Positions 33,851 through 42,922 of a DNA stretch of 52,335 bases are shown piece after piece. The notes beneath the pieces were generated by a model, which ran no database searches, was not told the origin of the DNA, and saw only the letters and a program-made list of their open reading frames with translations. Within the stretch, counting starts at the first letter, position 1; each line of letters opens with the position of its first letter. Location of the stretch: IMG/VR virus record IMGVR_UViG_3300036851_000202, positions 1-52,335 of that record; one strand, 5' to 3'. A program made the position numbers and the translations under genes. Source of the stretch: a virus (Duplodnaviria > Caudoviricetes).

Positions 33851-36198
33851 GTGGCAGCCCCCACGTCATCATCATCGCCAGCGCTCGTGTAAACCTGCGT
33901 CGTCACAACGCTCGTTCCGTTGTCCGCATACGTCTTGATTTCGTCGCTGTCCTTGGTGACGCGCTTGAAGAATCGCCGCCACACCTGCACCAGCATTTCG
34001 CGGAAATTCGCCGCAACGCCAGCGGGTGCAGTGGTTGCTATCGAATCGAGCCCGTCGCTGGCCAACTTGTAGCCGGTTGTGACGGTCACGCTCCCCACGC
34101 TTCCGCTCAGATTCCCCGTGATGTTGCCAACAATGTCCATCGTCTGATTTGGCAGGTTGATCGCCGTCAGGTGATCCCCATCGCCACCGGCCTCGGTCAG
34201 TCCAGCGCCGGCAACGCCCACTGTCGCAATGAGCGCGTCAAGATCGGCGTTTGTCGCGTAGCTCGCCGCCACCAGCGTTCGCGCCTCAAACTCTGCAACG
34301 GTGGGCAAGTCCGCGAGTTGCGTATCCAGGTTCGCCGAAGCCAGTCCCATCGCCGCCCGAATCGTCGCGTCCAGGTCCAGCGTGGTTGAATCCTCGTCCA
34401 GGGCGGTCAGCGTGCGAGCGGCAGCAGCCCAAATGTCGCCTACGTTATGGCTGCTCCGGCTGCTAACGGTCGCATTGAGGTTCGTGTTGACAAGCGCCCA
34501 AATCGAGTCGCTGTCGCTGGCCGGGTCGCCAATCGCCTGGCCGAACGTGCCTTGTGTTTGATGGGCGGTCGCATCTTCGTCCCACACGGCATCGACCTCA
34601 GCCGCCAGCGCCGTGGCATAGAGCGTGCCGCCGAATCGCAGGGCGTCCGACTTCATATTGCCGTCTGCCGTGAGGGCGGCTGGCAGGCGGGATTGAATGT
34701 CAGCAATTTCGGTATCAAGGAAATTGTCAACGGTGTCGAGCGCGGAGGCGGTCGCGAGACTTGCCCCGGCGTGATCCTTGGCCAGCACGTTTTCACCGAA
34801 TGATCCAGCGGCAACGTGACCGGCCCGCGCCTCGTCCCATACTGCGTCGGCAACTTCTCCCGCCGTTGGGGCTGAACCGCCCGCCGCTGCCGTGTCGCTG
34901 AAGATCTTGTAAGTGATCGTCCCGGTAGGTGTCGTGGTCCAAGTGGCCACTGTTGCCGTGTCCGTTGCCGACACGTAATCCGTGATGAGCCTGGATTGCC
35001 CCACCCCTGCCGAGCCGCCCGTGATAAGAACACGCGATCCGATCAATTCGTCATCGGCGAAGCCCGCGGCAGCCCGCAGTTGGATGGTAGTTCCTGTGGC
35101 GGCTTGGGCTGTGCCTTGGTCAACGATATTTGTCCAGGGGACCGCCCCGGCAGTGTCGTCAAACGCAAGCTCTAGATTGTCCGCTGCCGCCGAGTCGCCG
35201 CTGATTTGCGTAGCATTGGCCGTGATTGGCGTCGTCAGGGTAAATGCGCTGGCGACCAGGGTAATGCCACCAGTGCCGTCCAGCAGCGATTCGAGATTGT
35301 TAGCCGCCGTGGCATCTCCAGACAGCTTCGCAACGTCGATGCCCACGATATCATTCGAGGCATTCGTAGCAGATACAGCGCCCGTGAGCGTCGTAGCTCC
35401 CGTAACGGTCAGGGCACCGAAGGTCGTTGTCCCGGCATTGCTCCCGGCGATGAAGTGGCCGCCTGACGCACCGGGAACGATGTTGGCGATGTAGAGTGCC
35501 TTGCCGATCGAACTGGCCACGGTGAAGTCGCCGGCCGTCGCGTCCTGCCAGACGCCTGTTGCGATTGCCGCTGCGGTGAGTTGGTTCGTGACGGTGGTTG
35601 CTGTGTTGACAAGATTGATCGTGGTAGCCGACAAGTTTACCGTACTGCCAGGCGTTCCGACGTTGGCCCAATCAATGCCTGTCTCACCGGTCGCCGAAAC
35701 GTCCAGCGTGCGGCCGGCTGTCGTAGGGACAAGCGGCAGGGCCACCGTGGTCAGCGCGTTCCACAGCTTCACGTTCACATCTGGCGTGCCTGCCGTACCG
35801 GGGGTGAGCCAAGCGGTCCCGAGGAGCTGCAGGACATTCGCCCCAGCGACGGATGACCCGGCCGCCCCTGCCCAAGCATTGGCGCTGGCAGCAAATAGCG
35901 CGTCGTAAACCGCCTCCTCCAGCACATGAATCTCTTTGATCGGGCAGGCGTTCACCGTGTCGTCGATGACGATTTCCAGCGTCCCGACCGTGTTGACGTC
36001 GGTGGCCGTGAGCGACAGCGAGTAGTGACCGGTGTTGCGGTGCGTGAGCGTAGCCGAGCCGTTTAAGGCTGCTGGCGCACCGCCGTTTTTGCTCGCCTTG
36101 AAGTCGCCGACAACGCCGCCCGTGACCGCTACGCCGTCCGCGTCCAGCACGGGGCCAACGGTGACGATGATCGCTGTTGATTGACGCGCGTAGATCAT
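33847..36198 (-). CDS. large Ala/Thr-rich repetitive protein (putative fibre/decoration)
   Basis: About 783 aa; repeated A(D)AVWDE...H..GSFG/GTFG and SGD.(T/A)AA.NLE modules. Confidence 0.7.
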   Translation of the reverse strand: MIYARQSTAIIVTVGPVLDADGVAVTGGVVGDFKASKNGGAPAALNGSATLTHRNTGHYSLSLTATDVNTVGTLEIVIDDTVNACPIKEIHVLEEAVYDALFAASANAWAGAAGSSVAGANVLQLLGTAWLTPGTAGTPDVNVKLWNALTTVALPLVPTTAGRTLDVSATGETGIDWANVGTPGSTVNLSATTINLVNTATTVTNQLTAAAIATGVWQDATAGDFTVASSIGKALYIANIVPGASGGHFIAGSNAGTTTFGALTVTGATTLTGAVSATNASNDIVGIDVAKLSGDATAANNLESLLDGTGGITLVASAFTLTTPITANATQISGDSAAADNLELAFDDTAGAVPWTNIVDQGTAQAATGTTIQLRAAAGFADDELIGSRVLITGGSAGVGQSRLITDYVSATDTATVATWTTTPTGTITYKIFSDTAAAGGSAPTAGEVADAVWDEARAGHVAAGSFGENVLAKDHAGASLATASALDTVDNFLDTEIADIQSRLPAALTADGNMKSDALRFGGTLYATALAAEVDAVWDEDATAHQTQGTFGQAIGDPASDSDSIWALVNTNLNATVSSRSSHNVGDIWAAAARTLTALDEDSTTLDLDATIRAAMGLASANLDTQLADLPTVAEFEARTLVAASYATNADLDALIATVGVAGAGLTEAGGDGDHLTAINLPNQTMDIVGNITGNLSGSVGSVTVTTGYKLASDGLDSIATTAPAGVAANFREMLVQVWRRFFKRVTKDSDEIKTYADNGTSVVTTQVYTSAGDDDDVGAAT

Positions 36199-37388
36199 GC
36201 GGCACACCCCATGAGGACTCGGCGGCGACGATTGCCGCCCACGGATGGCGTCAGGTTCAGCGAGTTGTCAAAGTTGTAGGTCAGCACGGCCCCGTTCCTG
36301 AACAGTGGCCCGAACCGATTCCCGCCGGGGTCTTGGTACGTCTGCACGTAGTTTCCAGTGCCTGCCGAATAGGCCGTGTCGCCAGCCGACCACGTTGTTC
36401 CGCCGTCCGTCGATTTGGTGTAGTAAATGCCGACCGTCGTTCCCAGCGTTTCCGAGCCGTCCCGCTTGCCCGTGTAGCAAACGTAGATGTCGTCCGTGTT
36501 ATTGTCGATGTAAACGGTCGCGTGATAGCAATCGTCGATGTTGGTCGCGATGGCTGTCAGTTCGGTGATCGAGCCGGAGCCGTTGATGTCGAAAACACGG
36601 ATGTCGGCGGTGACTCCCGCCGGGTCGCGTTCGGTCACAACCACGGCGATCAAATGCCCATCGCTGTGCCGGATTGCGCCGGAGAACGGGTACTGAGAAG
36701 TGCCGTCAGAGCTCAAGGCCGTGACTGTGGCGATCGTGCTGCTTTCCGCGTTCGTGTCAGCGGAGTCGTCGTGCGTCTTCAGCGTCCAGGCCGTTGCGGA
36801 GTGGTCGTAGTACAGGCAGTCGATGTCGTTCGCATCGGCGTAGTTGCCAGGGAACAACATCGCGAAGTCGTTCGCTGCGACCTCGTGAAGGTTTGTGCGG
36901 ACGGTCCAGTTCACGCCGCCATCTGTCGAGCGGTAGGTGCCTGTTTCGGCAGCGGCGTCGATGCAAAAAACGATGTAGAGATTGCCGCCGCGTGCCTTCG
37001 TGATGCTGAGGTGAGCGGAAACGGACAGCGCTCCGCTTGTTTGCGTTACCACCGTGCGCAGAGTTCCCAGCGTGTCGCCGTTCGTGTCGAGCGTGATATA
37101 GAAAACATCGTCCGTGCCGGTGTCCGACCAGGCGATGTGAATCAGCGTCCCACTGTCGCCCGGAGTCCGCTGGTCGAAATAGCAGGCGTGCATGTGGACG
37201 GTGCCGGTCGAGATATTGACCGCCGCGCCCCAGGTCTGCCCGCTGTCCGTCGTCTTGTAGTATTTCAGGTCGGACGAGCTATCAATAAAAACAGCGTACC
37301 CGACCAACGCAGACACCCAGATAATTGGGCGCTGCGCCTTGCCGTTCTGGGCCGAAGCCGTGCTCGATACTACGGTGATGTCTGCCAT
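36195..37388 (-). CDS. BNR/Asp-box repeat (sialidase-like beta-propeller) protein
   Basis: TTDSGQTW, STDGGVNW and STDGGTTW Asp-boxes. Confidence 0.75.
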   Translation of the reverse strand: MADITVVSSTASAQNGKAQRPIIWVSALVGYAVFIDSSSDLKYYKTTDSGQTWGAAVNISTGTVHMHACYFDQRTPGDSGTLIHIAWSDTGTDDVFYITLDTNGDTLGTLRTVVTQTSGALSVSAHLSITKARGGNLYIVFCIDAAAETGTYRSTDGGVNWTVRTNLHEVAANDFAMLFPGNYADANDIDCLYYDHSATAWTLKTHDDSADTNAESSTIATVTALSSDGTSQYPFSGAIRHSDGHLIAVVVTERDPAGVTADIRVFDINGSGSITELTAIATNIDDCYHATVYIDNNTDDIYVCYTGKRDGSETLGTTVGIYYTKSTDGGTTWSAGDTAYSAGTGNYVQTYQDPGGNRFGPLFRNGAVLTYNFDNSLNLTPSVGGNRRRRVLMGCAA

Positions 37389-37391
37389 TGG

Positions 37392-38039
37392 CTATAGAAT
37401 CGTCTCAGCATTCCCCGTGTCGTCAGGCCCAAAGTACGCCGTGTCGTTCCCGCCGTCCCCGTTAAGCGTGTCGGCGTCGTCATCGTCCAGCGGGCTGAGC
37501 AGGAATGAATCGAGCACGCCGTTGTCGGACCAGTCGGCCAGCAGCGCGAGCATGGCCGCATCGTCGGTGTCGTCCGCCGTCGCCGTGCCGTTGAACAGCA
37601 GGTCATCGCCGCCGCCGGCGCTGAGGATGTCTGGCCCGTCTCCGGCAATCAGCACGTCGTTACCGTTGCCGCCGAAGAGGCGGTCAAACCCGTCGCCGCC
37701 GGAAACCAGATCGTTGCCGCTGTAGGCCGCCAGATAGTCGTCACCGCCCTCGCCGTAGAGCCGTGCGTCTTTCGGCACGTTGCTCATTTGCAGCGTGTCG
37801 TTGCCGTCCCGGCCGCACATAATGACATCGCCGGTGACGGTCAGGTTTTGGAATGAGCCGTTCAAGCGGACCCGCAAAAGGTCGGGGTTGAAGAAACTGG
37901 CGAGCGAGACTTGCATCACGTCGTTGCCGCTGGTGCCGACCATAATCAGGTCGCCCGAGACGACTTGCACTGAGCCGTCCGCATAGCCGTCGCAGAGGGC
38001 CAGCAGGCAGCGGGATTCCAGTTGCTCGAAAGTGCGCAT
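37392..38039 (-). CDS. RTX (hemolysin-type Ca-binding) repeat protein with planctomycete LEPR-XLL-type leader
   Basis: FEQLESRCLLA; GEGGDDYL, GGDGFDRL, GGNGNDVL, GDGGNDT repeats. Confidence 0.85.
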   Translation of the reverse strand: MRTFEQLESRCLLALCDGYADGSVQVVSGDLIMVGTSGNDVMQVSLASFFNPDLLRVRLNGSFQNLTVTGDVIMCGRDGNDTLQMSNVPKDARLYGEGGDDYLAAYSGNDLVSGGDGFDRLFGGNGNDVLIAGDGPDILSAGGGDDLLFNGTATADDTDDAAMLALLADWSDNGVLDSFLLSPLDDDDADTLNGDGGNDTAYFGPDDTGNAETIL

Positions 38040-38068
38040 GGGTTGGCTCCTTCTGTTAAACTGATGGA

Positions 38069-38287
38069 ATGATTACCCTCACCGAAACCGAACTCGAAAT
38101 GGCCGGGCGGTTGCCAACCATCCTGCTGTCTCTCGCCAAATGGCATGAAGACTGTACGCGCGTCATGGATGCCAGCGGGCGTCCGCGAGAAGAGCTAGAG
38201 GCCGAGTGGCAGCAGCATATCGACCGGGCCAAGGAACTGCGGCAGGCAGCGGTGCAATTGCTGATGGAGCCGGTCGCTATACAGTAG
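38069..38287 (+). CDS. small hypothetical protein, opposite strand
   Basis: 72-aa helical ORF filling the gap between minus-strand genes. Confidence 0.4.
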   Translation: MITLTETELEMAGRLPTILLSLAKWHEDCTRVMDASGRPREELEAEWQQHIDRAKELRQAAVQLLMEPVAIQ

Positions 38288-38295
38288 GTCGCCAT

Positions 38296-38874
38296 TTACC
38301 GTCTCTCCATCGCCGCATACCACGCCTGCACGCGCAGGGCGGCATCTTCGGTCGTCATTGCATTGCAGCGGACCAGGGCTTTAGCGATCGCCTTCACCGA
38401 ATCTGGCCCGCAGTTTGTCAGGCCGACGAGCTGCTTCGGAAAGCCCTCGAGCAGCCCGCCTACCGTGAACATCCCGGCCGCTTCAAGCATGTTCGTCGTC
38501 CGCATTGGCAGGTTTAGCCAAGTCACATGCTTGGCCGCCAGCGTGCCGTTCGTCGGTCCCGGAACCGTCGTTTCCTTGGCCCGTAGTTCGTATTCAAGCG
38601 CCAGTTGATCCACCACTAGGTGCAGCTTGTCCCATTGGCCGATCCTGAGCAGAGCTTCAAGCCGCGGAAGGGCTTCGGCGACAAAGACGGCTGGCAGATC
38701 GTAGCTGGCCGCGCGATTGGAGACAGGGTTACGCTGACTGCGGACGATTGCCGCGCGGTCCAGTGCGTCCCCGCGACGTGCTTGCCCTTCGCCAGCCTTG
38801 ATGGCGCGTTCTGTCATCCCGGCATCGTGCGGCTGATTGGCAAGCCACGGGTGGATTTGGTTCTGGTGTGCCAT
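38296..38874 (-). CDS. protein with an RNA polymerase alpha-CTD-like domain
   Basis: VTWLNLPMRTTNMLEAAGMFTVGGLL...LVGLTNCGPDSVKAIAKAL aligns by eye with alpha-CTD VDDLELTVRSANCL...NLGKKSLTEI. Confidence 0.75.
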   Translation of the reverse strand: MAHQNQIHPWLANQPHDAGMTERAIKAGEGQARRGDALDRAAIVRSQRNPVSNRAASYDLPAVFVAEALPRLEALLRIGQWDKLHLVVDQLALEYELRAKETTVPGPTNGTLAAKHVTWLNLPMRTTNMLEAAGMFTVGGLLEGFPKQLVGLTNCGPDSVKAIAKALVRCNAMTTEDAALRVQAWYAAMERR

Positions 38875-38948
38875 GATTGTTAAAGGGCAGCCAAACTGTG
38901 TTGAAACACGTTAGCCTCGGGAATCCTCACTGCTTGGCCGCCCGTAAA

Positions 38949-39218
38949 CTACGGTTCCCCCGTACAAACTTTCCCGCTCTCGCACTTCGCGCACTTGTGC
39001 ATTTCGCCGCCGCACTCGGGGCAGTAGGCCACGGGCTTGACGAACGGCTTGCCCTGCGCCATGTCGCGGAGGAATGAGTTGGTGCTGTCGGTAATCGTCA
39101 CCGGGCAGGGGATTGTCACGTCGCCAACAGGTTCGCCGAGGTCCAAGTCGGAATCACTGTCCTCGTCGGGCGGAATGATATCCGTGCCTTCAGTGTCGCT
39201 GTCGTCTGGGTCGATCAT
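38949..39218 (-). CDS. acidic small protein with Cys ribbon
   Basis: Asp-rich N-terminus; YCPECG...CAKC. Confidence 0.5.
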   Translation of the reverse strand: MIDPDDSDTEGTDIIPPDEDSDSDLDLGEPVGDVTIPCPVTITDSTNSFLRDMAQGKPFVKPVAYCPECGGEMHKCAKCESGKVCTGEP

Positions 39219-39697
39219 GGCACTTCACTCCCCGGCAGTTTGGCCAATGGGTTGCGACCGAACTTCAGGTAGGTTTCCACGGCTGTCTGCCGCACCTGAA
39301 GGTCTTGGACGTTGCGAATGTTGATCTGCTGCGTATTGTCAACTCGGGTACTAATGTCCGACACGTTTTTGATTTCTTGCTGCAACGTCTTGTCGAGCGA
39401 CCCCAGACGCAATTCGATCTTCCCGTCCACTGCGGCGAGCTGATCCTTAGCGCCCCGGAATTGAGTTTCGATTTCTGCAAACTGCACCTGCATGGCGGCG
39501 AGTTGCGCTTGGACAGCGGACTTGGCGTCCTCCAGTTCCTTCACGCGAACGGATACCTTGTCGTTCTCGCTTTCCGCGTTGATTAAGCCCGCATACATCG
39601 GTGTGATGACCGCGGACACGCCGGCCACTAGAGCCAGGATGGATAGAACCGGCGTCCATGTTTTTCCGTTGCCGTGTTCTGAGTCAGCCACCTCCAC
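39215..39697 (-). CDS. membrane-anchored coiled-coil protein (holin/spanin-like)
   Basis: One N-terminal TM segment followed by a long coiled coil. Confidence 0.55.
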   Translation of the reverse strand: MEVADSEHGNGKTWTPVLSILALVAGVSAVITPMYAGLINAESENDKVSVRVKELEDAKSAVQAQLAAMQVQFAEIETQFRGAKDQLAAVDGKIELRLGSLDKTLQQEIKNVSDISTRVDNTQQINIRNVQDLQVRQTAVETYLKFGRNPLAKLPGSEVP

Positions 39698-39948
39698 CTC
39701 CTACCGCGCGGGCCGCGAGGTCAATTAGCAAGCCGATCAATCCCCAGCCAAGCCTGAAGCCACAGCCGATAATCACAGACCAAGCGAATGTTCGCCAACT
39801 GATTTCTGTGGTCATTGTTTCTGGCCTCTCGTTTGCACACCCCGCGGGTAGAGGTATGCGATGGCTGCAATTCTCAAGTTCGGGACTTCCGCTGCCGATG
39901 CTTTACGCATGGCAGAGCGTTGGATTTACTTCCTGGCAGGTATTGGCC

Positions 39949-40317
39949 TCATGGTGGTCCTCGGCCTGGCAGGCTGGTTTGTAGGTCGCTTGCTTCAACT
40001 CTTTTGACGCATAGCGGGCAGGGACAGCGATTGGCGAACTCCGCCGCGCTCCTGCTAGTGAACGTCAGTCGCTCATTTAGCAGCGGACAATTCGGATCGG
40101 CGTGATAGTCCGGGCCCAGAGCCGCACCGACGTAGGTAACTGGCAGGGCCGCGTGGGCTTGCTCCGAGACGGGCTGGACAATCGCCTCGGGCCATGCCTG
40201 TAGCGTCAGGATGACGCTGCCAGCGACATTCGCCGCACGCCACCAGTTGCTTCCGCTCCGGCGCGCGGCGAGTTCCCCCAGGATGATGGCGGCCCAAGCG
40301 AATAGGATTGCTGTCAT
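39949..40317 (-). CDS. membrane protein with an Ada-type Zn-binding-like tail
   Basis: Two hydrophobic segments; YHADPNCP...F.S..AA.....PCPLC. Confidence 0.5.
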   Translation of the reverse strand: MTAILFAWAAIILGELAARRSGSNWWRAANVAGSVILTLQAWPEAIVQPVSEQAHAALPVTYVGAALGPDYHADPNCPLLNERLTFTSRSAAEFANRCPCPLCVKRVEASDLQTSLPGRGPP

Positions 40318-40607
40318 TTTCTGTCACCCATAAACCAAGTAGCAACCGACCCGCCGATGGCGCTGATGCCGGAAGCTATGCCGATGACTAGCACCTGCCA
40401 CCGCTCTACCGCCGCCATTCGCTGTTCTAAGCCTGGCCGACCTTCGGGGCCGTCCACCTTGCGCTTGATATCTGCCATGTCGCGCCTCAGTTCCCACCAC
40501 TCCTCTTGCGTCGGTTGCCAGACGGGTTGCGGGTTTCCCCCATCGGTACGGGAACCCGCATGCGGATTTATCGGGTAGCTTCGCGGCGATTCTTCGGCGG
40601 GTTCCAC
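40314..40607 (-). CDS. XhlA/holin-like membrane protein
   Basis: Coiled coil...GLEQRMAAVERW, then a C-terminal TM segment. Confidence 0.5.
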   Translation of the reverse strand: MEPAEESPRSYPINPHAGSRTDGGNPQPVWQPTQEEWWELRRDMADIKRKVDGPEGRPGLEQRMAAVERWQVLVIGIASGISAIGGSVATWFMGDRK

Positions 40608-40627
40608 GGGGCTTCATGCTCCACCTG

Positions 40628-40957
40628 TTAAGGCTGCTGCGAAATCATGCCGGCAGTCGGCGGCGGTAGCGGGCCACCGTTCGGAGCCGGGGTAATCGTC
40701 GTACTCGCCACCCATCCATCCGCGCCGATCACAATGACCATCGTGAGCGGGTTGCTGTAGTCGGCCTCGAATCGCGACTCGATAACGAGCTTGTAGGAAT
40801 GGCCCGCTTCAGACGGGCTGAAGTTGGCACTACTGACCGATGGGCCAATCTCGTCCTGGCTGATCTGCACGGTGTCCTTGAACCATGTTCGACGCTGGCC
40901 TTCGATCGGCTGCGTTGGGTCCATCGCGGGCATCCAACTGGCGGATATGTAGGGCAT
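40628..40957 (-). CDS. hypothetical protein
   Basis: MPYISASW...; AAGGGA RBS. Confidence 0.5.
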   Translation of the reverse strand: MPYISASWMPAMDPTQPIEGQRRTWFKDTVQISQDEIGPSVSSANFSPSEAGHSYKLVIESRFEADYSNPLTMVIVIGADGWVASTTITPAPNGGPLPPPTAGMISQQP

Positions 40958-41033
40958 CGGTTGTTCCCTTAAATTCCCACCTAGACGGCGCGACAACATG
41001 CCGGCCGCCCGGTGGGACGGCGATACTGCGGGG

Positions 41034-41471
41034 TTACTGATCAATCACTTGGCCGGATGGCAGAACGAGCCTTCCGTCCGGCAAGCGATAAACGGTCTCT
41101 TGGCGAATGGCTTGCGTCTGGCCGCTGTAGCTGTAGCCCTGCGAATAGCTTAGGGACGGTTGCTCGGCATAGACCACGGGCGCCGGCTGCTGGATGACGA
41201 TCGGCTGGGGAGCCGGGACATAGATCGGCTGCGGAGCGTAGAACGACTGGGCGAAGAACGGGGCCGAATAGCCGTAGCGAAAGCTCTGGCTGTAGTACGG
41301 CGCAACAAACCGCAAGTCCTGCCGGAATGCGGCGTGATACTGCGGAGCGACAACGACAGCCCCAACGCGCGGGCGAAAGGGCGTGGCTCGGATGCGGACC
41401 ACTCCACCATGCGCGGCGGCAGTCGATGCCAATCCGGCGACGAGCGAAAGGGCGAGTAGGAAGCGTTTCAT
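41034..41471 (-). CDS. secreted Pro/Tyr/Gln-rich low-complexity protein
   Basis: Signal peptide MKRFLLALSLVAGLASTAAA; planctomycete-style composition. Confidence 0.7.
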   Translation of the reverse strand: MKRFLLALSLVAGLASTAAAHGGVVRIRATPFRPRVGAVVVAPQYHAAFRQDLRFVAPYYSQSFRYGYSAPFFAQSFYAPQPIYVPAPQPIVIQQPAPVVYAEQPSLSYSQGYSYSGQTQAIRQETVYRLPDGRLVLPSGQVIDQ

Positions 41472-42313
41472 TCTTGGTTCTCCTTGGGAGGAAGTTGTAA
41501 TTCGAGTCCGCCTGGCGGCTTGCCGAAGTTGTTATCCGCTGGTGGCATTGGCGCGGGCGGTGGCTGTTCGTTGCCCAAGCGCGGACGGGCCAAGAGCGAA
41601 TGCAGGCTGGAAATCACCACCGTCTTTTGCGCCGCCGTGAGGTTGCCGCCGGGTGGCATCTTGCCGCTGATAACCGCCGTGCTGGAGAGTTCAATAGTCG
41701 GCTGGTCGATGTCCACCGAACCGTCAAGGATGATGTGCTTTGGCGCGCCCTTCGTCCCGCGGCCGTCGTGGCAGGCAGCGCAGGACATGGCTTGGACGAG
41801 CTGCTGCGGGCCTTGCTGTTGGAGTTGTTGGGGCGGTGGCGGCTGCACGATGCGCGGCTGGCCGTTCACAATCTGGACAGAGAACTGCTGCTGTTGCGGC
41901 CCGTTATTGGATGAGAGCGCCTGAGCAGCAAGGCTGAACACCTGAGCGTTCGCCTCCCGCCGCGACTGCGCTTCCATGTACGCGAGTTGCTGCGAGCTAC
42001 GCTCACGCTCGGATTCGATGATGAGCTGCTGATTCACACCGATCTGCTCAAGTGCCCGGACGTTCCGATCCTGGAGCAAGATCGAGTCGTCGCGGTAGCT
42101 GGCGGTCTGCACCCCGTACACAGATTGGCCTTGCTGAGAGTAAGGAAAAATGTTGTTAAACAAAAAGTTGGTAGTGTAGTTCGCAGGGGCATAGGCCACG
42201 GGCTTGACGTAGTAGCGGCAGTAGTTTCCACGCCGCCCGCAGCGACCGCAGGCGCTCGCCTCACACGCCAACGACGCCACCAACGCGAGAGCAATCACAA
42301 CAACGCGGACCAT
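41468..42313 (-). CDS. secreted protein with CxxCH motif (c-type cytochrome-like)
   Basis: Signal-like N-terminus; SCAACHDG and distal GKMPPG. Confidence 0.7.
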   Translation of the reverse strand: MVRVVVIALALVASLACEASACGRCGRRGNYCRYYVKPVAYAPANYTTNFLFNNIFPYSQQGQSVYGVQTASYRDDSILLQDRNVRALEQIGVNQQLIIESERERSSQQLAYMEAQSRREANAQVFSLAAQALSSNNGPQQQQFSVQIVNGQPRIVQPPPPQQLQQQGPQQLVQAMSCAACHDGRGTKGAPKHIILDGSVDIDQPTIELSSTAVISGKMPPGGNLTAAQKTVVISSLHSLLARPRLGNEQPPPAPMPPADNNFGKPPGGLELQLPPKENQE

Positions 42314-42323
42314 ACAGAATTCC

Positions 42324-42863
42324 TTATGCAACGTGCTTCCAGGTTTTGCCTTGCGTAATTTCCCAGACGTATCGTGGCAGCATTTTTGGGTATTTCCTTG
42401 CGATGTCACATGGACGCATGCCGGATGCGTGCAGCCGGCGAATCTCCCTCACGTCGCTTTCCGTAAGTTTCGCCATCCATTGCCTTTCGCCCCTTGGCTG
42501 AGTTCCGTGCTTGGTCCTGTCATCGCAGTTTTCGATATGTGTTCCCCACGCTACGTTTGTCGCTCGGTTGTTGGCCTTGTTTCCGTCCAGATGCCTGCAT
42601 TCCATTCCGTCCGGTCGCGGCCCAACAAATGCTTCCAAAACTACGTGGTGAATCTTTCTTCTGAACTGACCTGACTCATTGCATAGGGTGACATCGCGGT
42701 ACTCTCCACTTGCACACCCGACTAACCGTTTCCATTTGCAGAACGTGATCCCATTCGGTCCTCCGTGGCGACAACTCCAAACCGTTCCGTCGTCGCCAAC
42801 GGCATATCCCTGAAAACCAACTACCTCCCTAAACTCGACTCCGGGTACATTTGGAATATCCAC
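42324..42863 (-). CDS. NUMOD4-HNH endonuclease with C-terminal HTH
   Basis: GYAVGDDGTVWS...IHHVVLEAFVGPRP..MECRHLDGNKANN...KLTESDVREIR. Confidence 0.9.
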   Translation of the reverse strand: MDIPNVPGVEFREVVGFQGYAVGDDGTVWSCRHGGPNGITFCKWKRLVGCASGEYRDVTLCNESGQFRRKIHHVVLEAFVGPRPDGMECRHLDGNKANNRATNVAWGTHIENCDDRTKHGTQPRGERQWMAKLTESDVREIRRLHASGMRPCDIARKYPKMLPRYVWEITQGKTWKHVA

Positions 42864-42922
42864 AGCTCGTTCTCCTAAACGGGTTGCTGGCTAGACCCCG
42901 CTGTTCTCGCAGCGGGGTTGTT

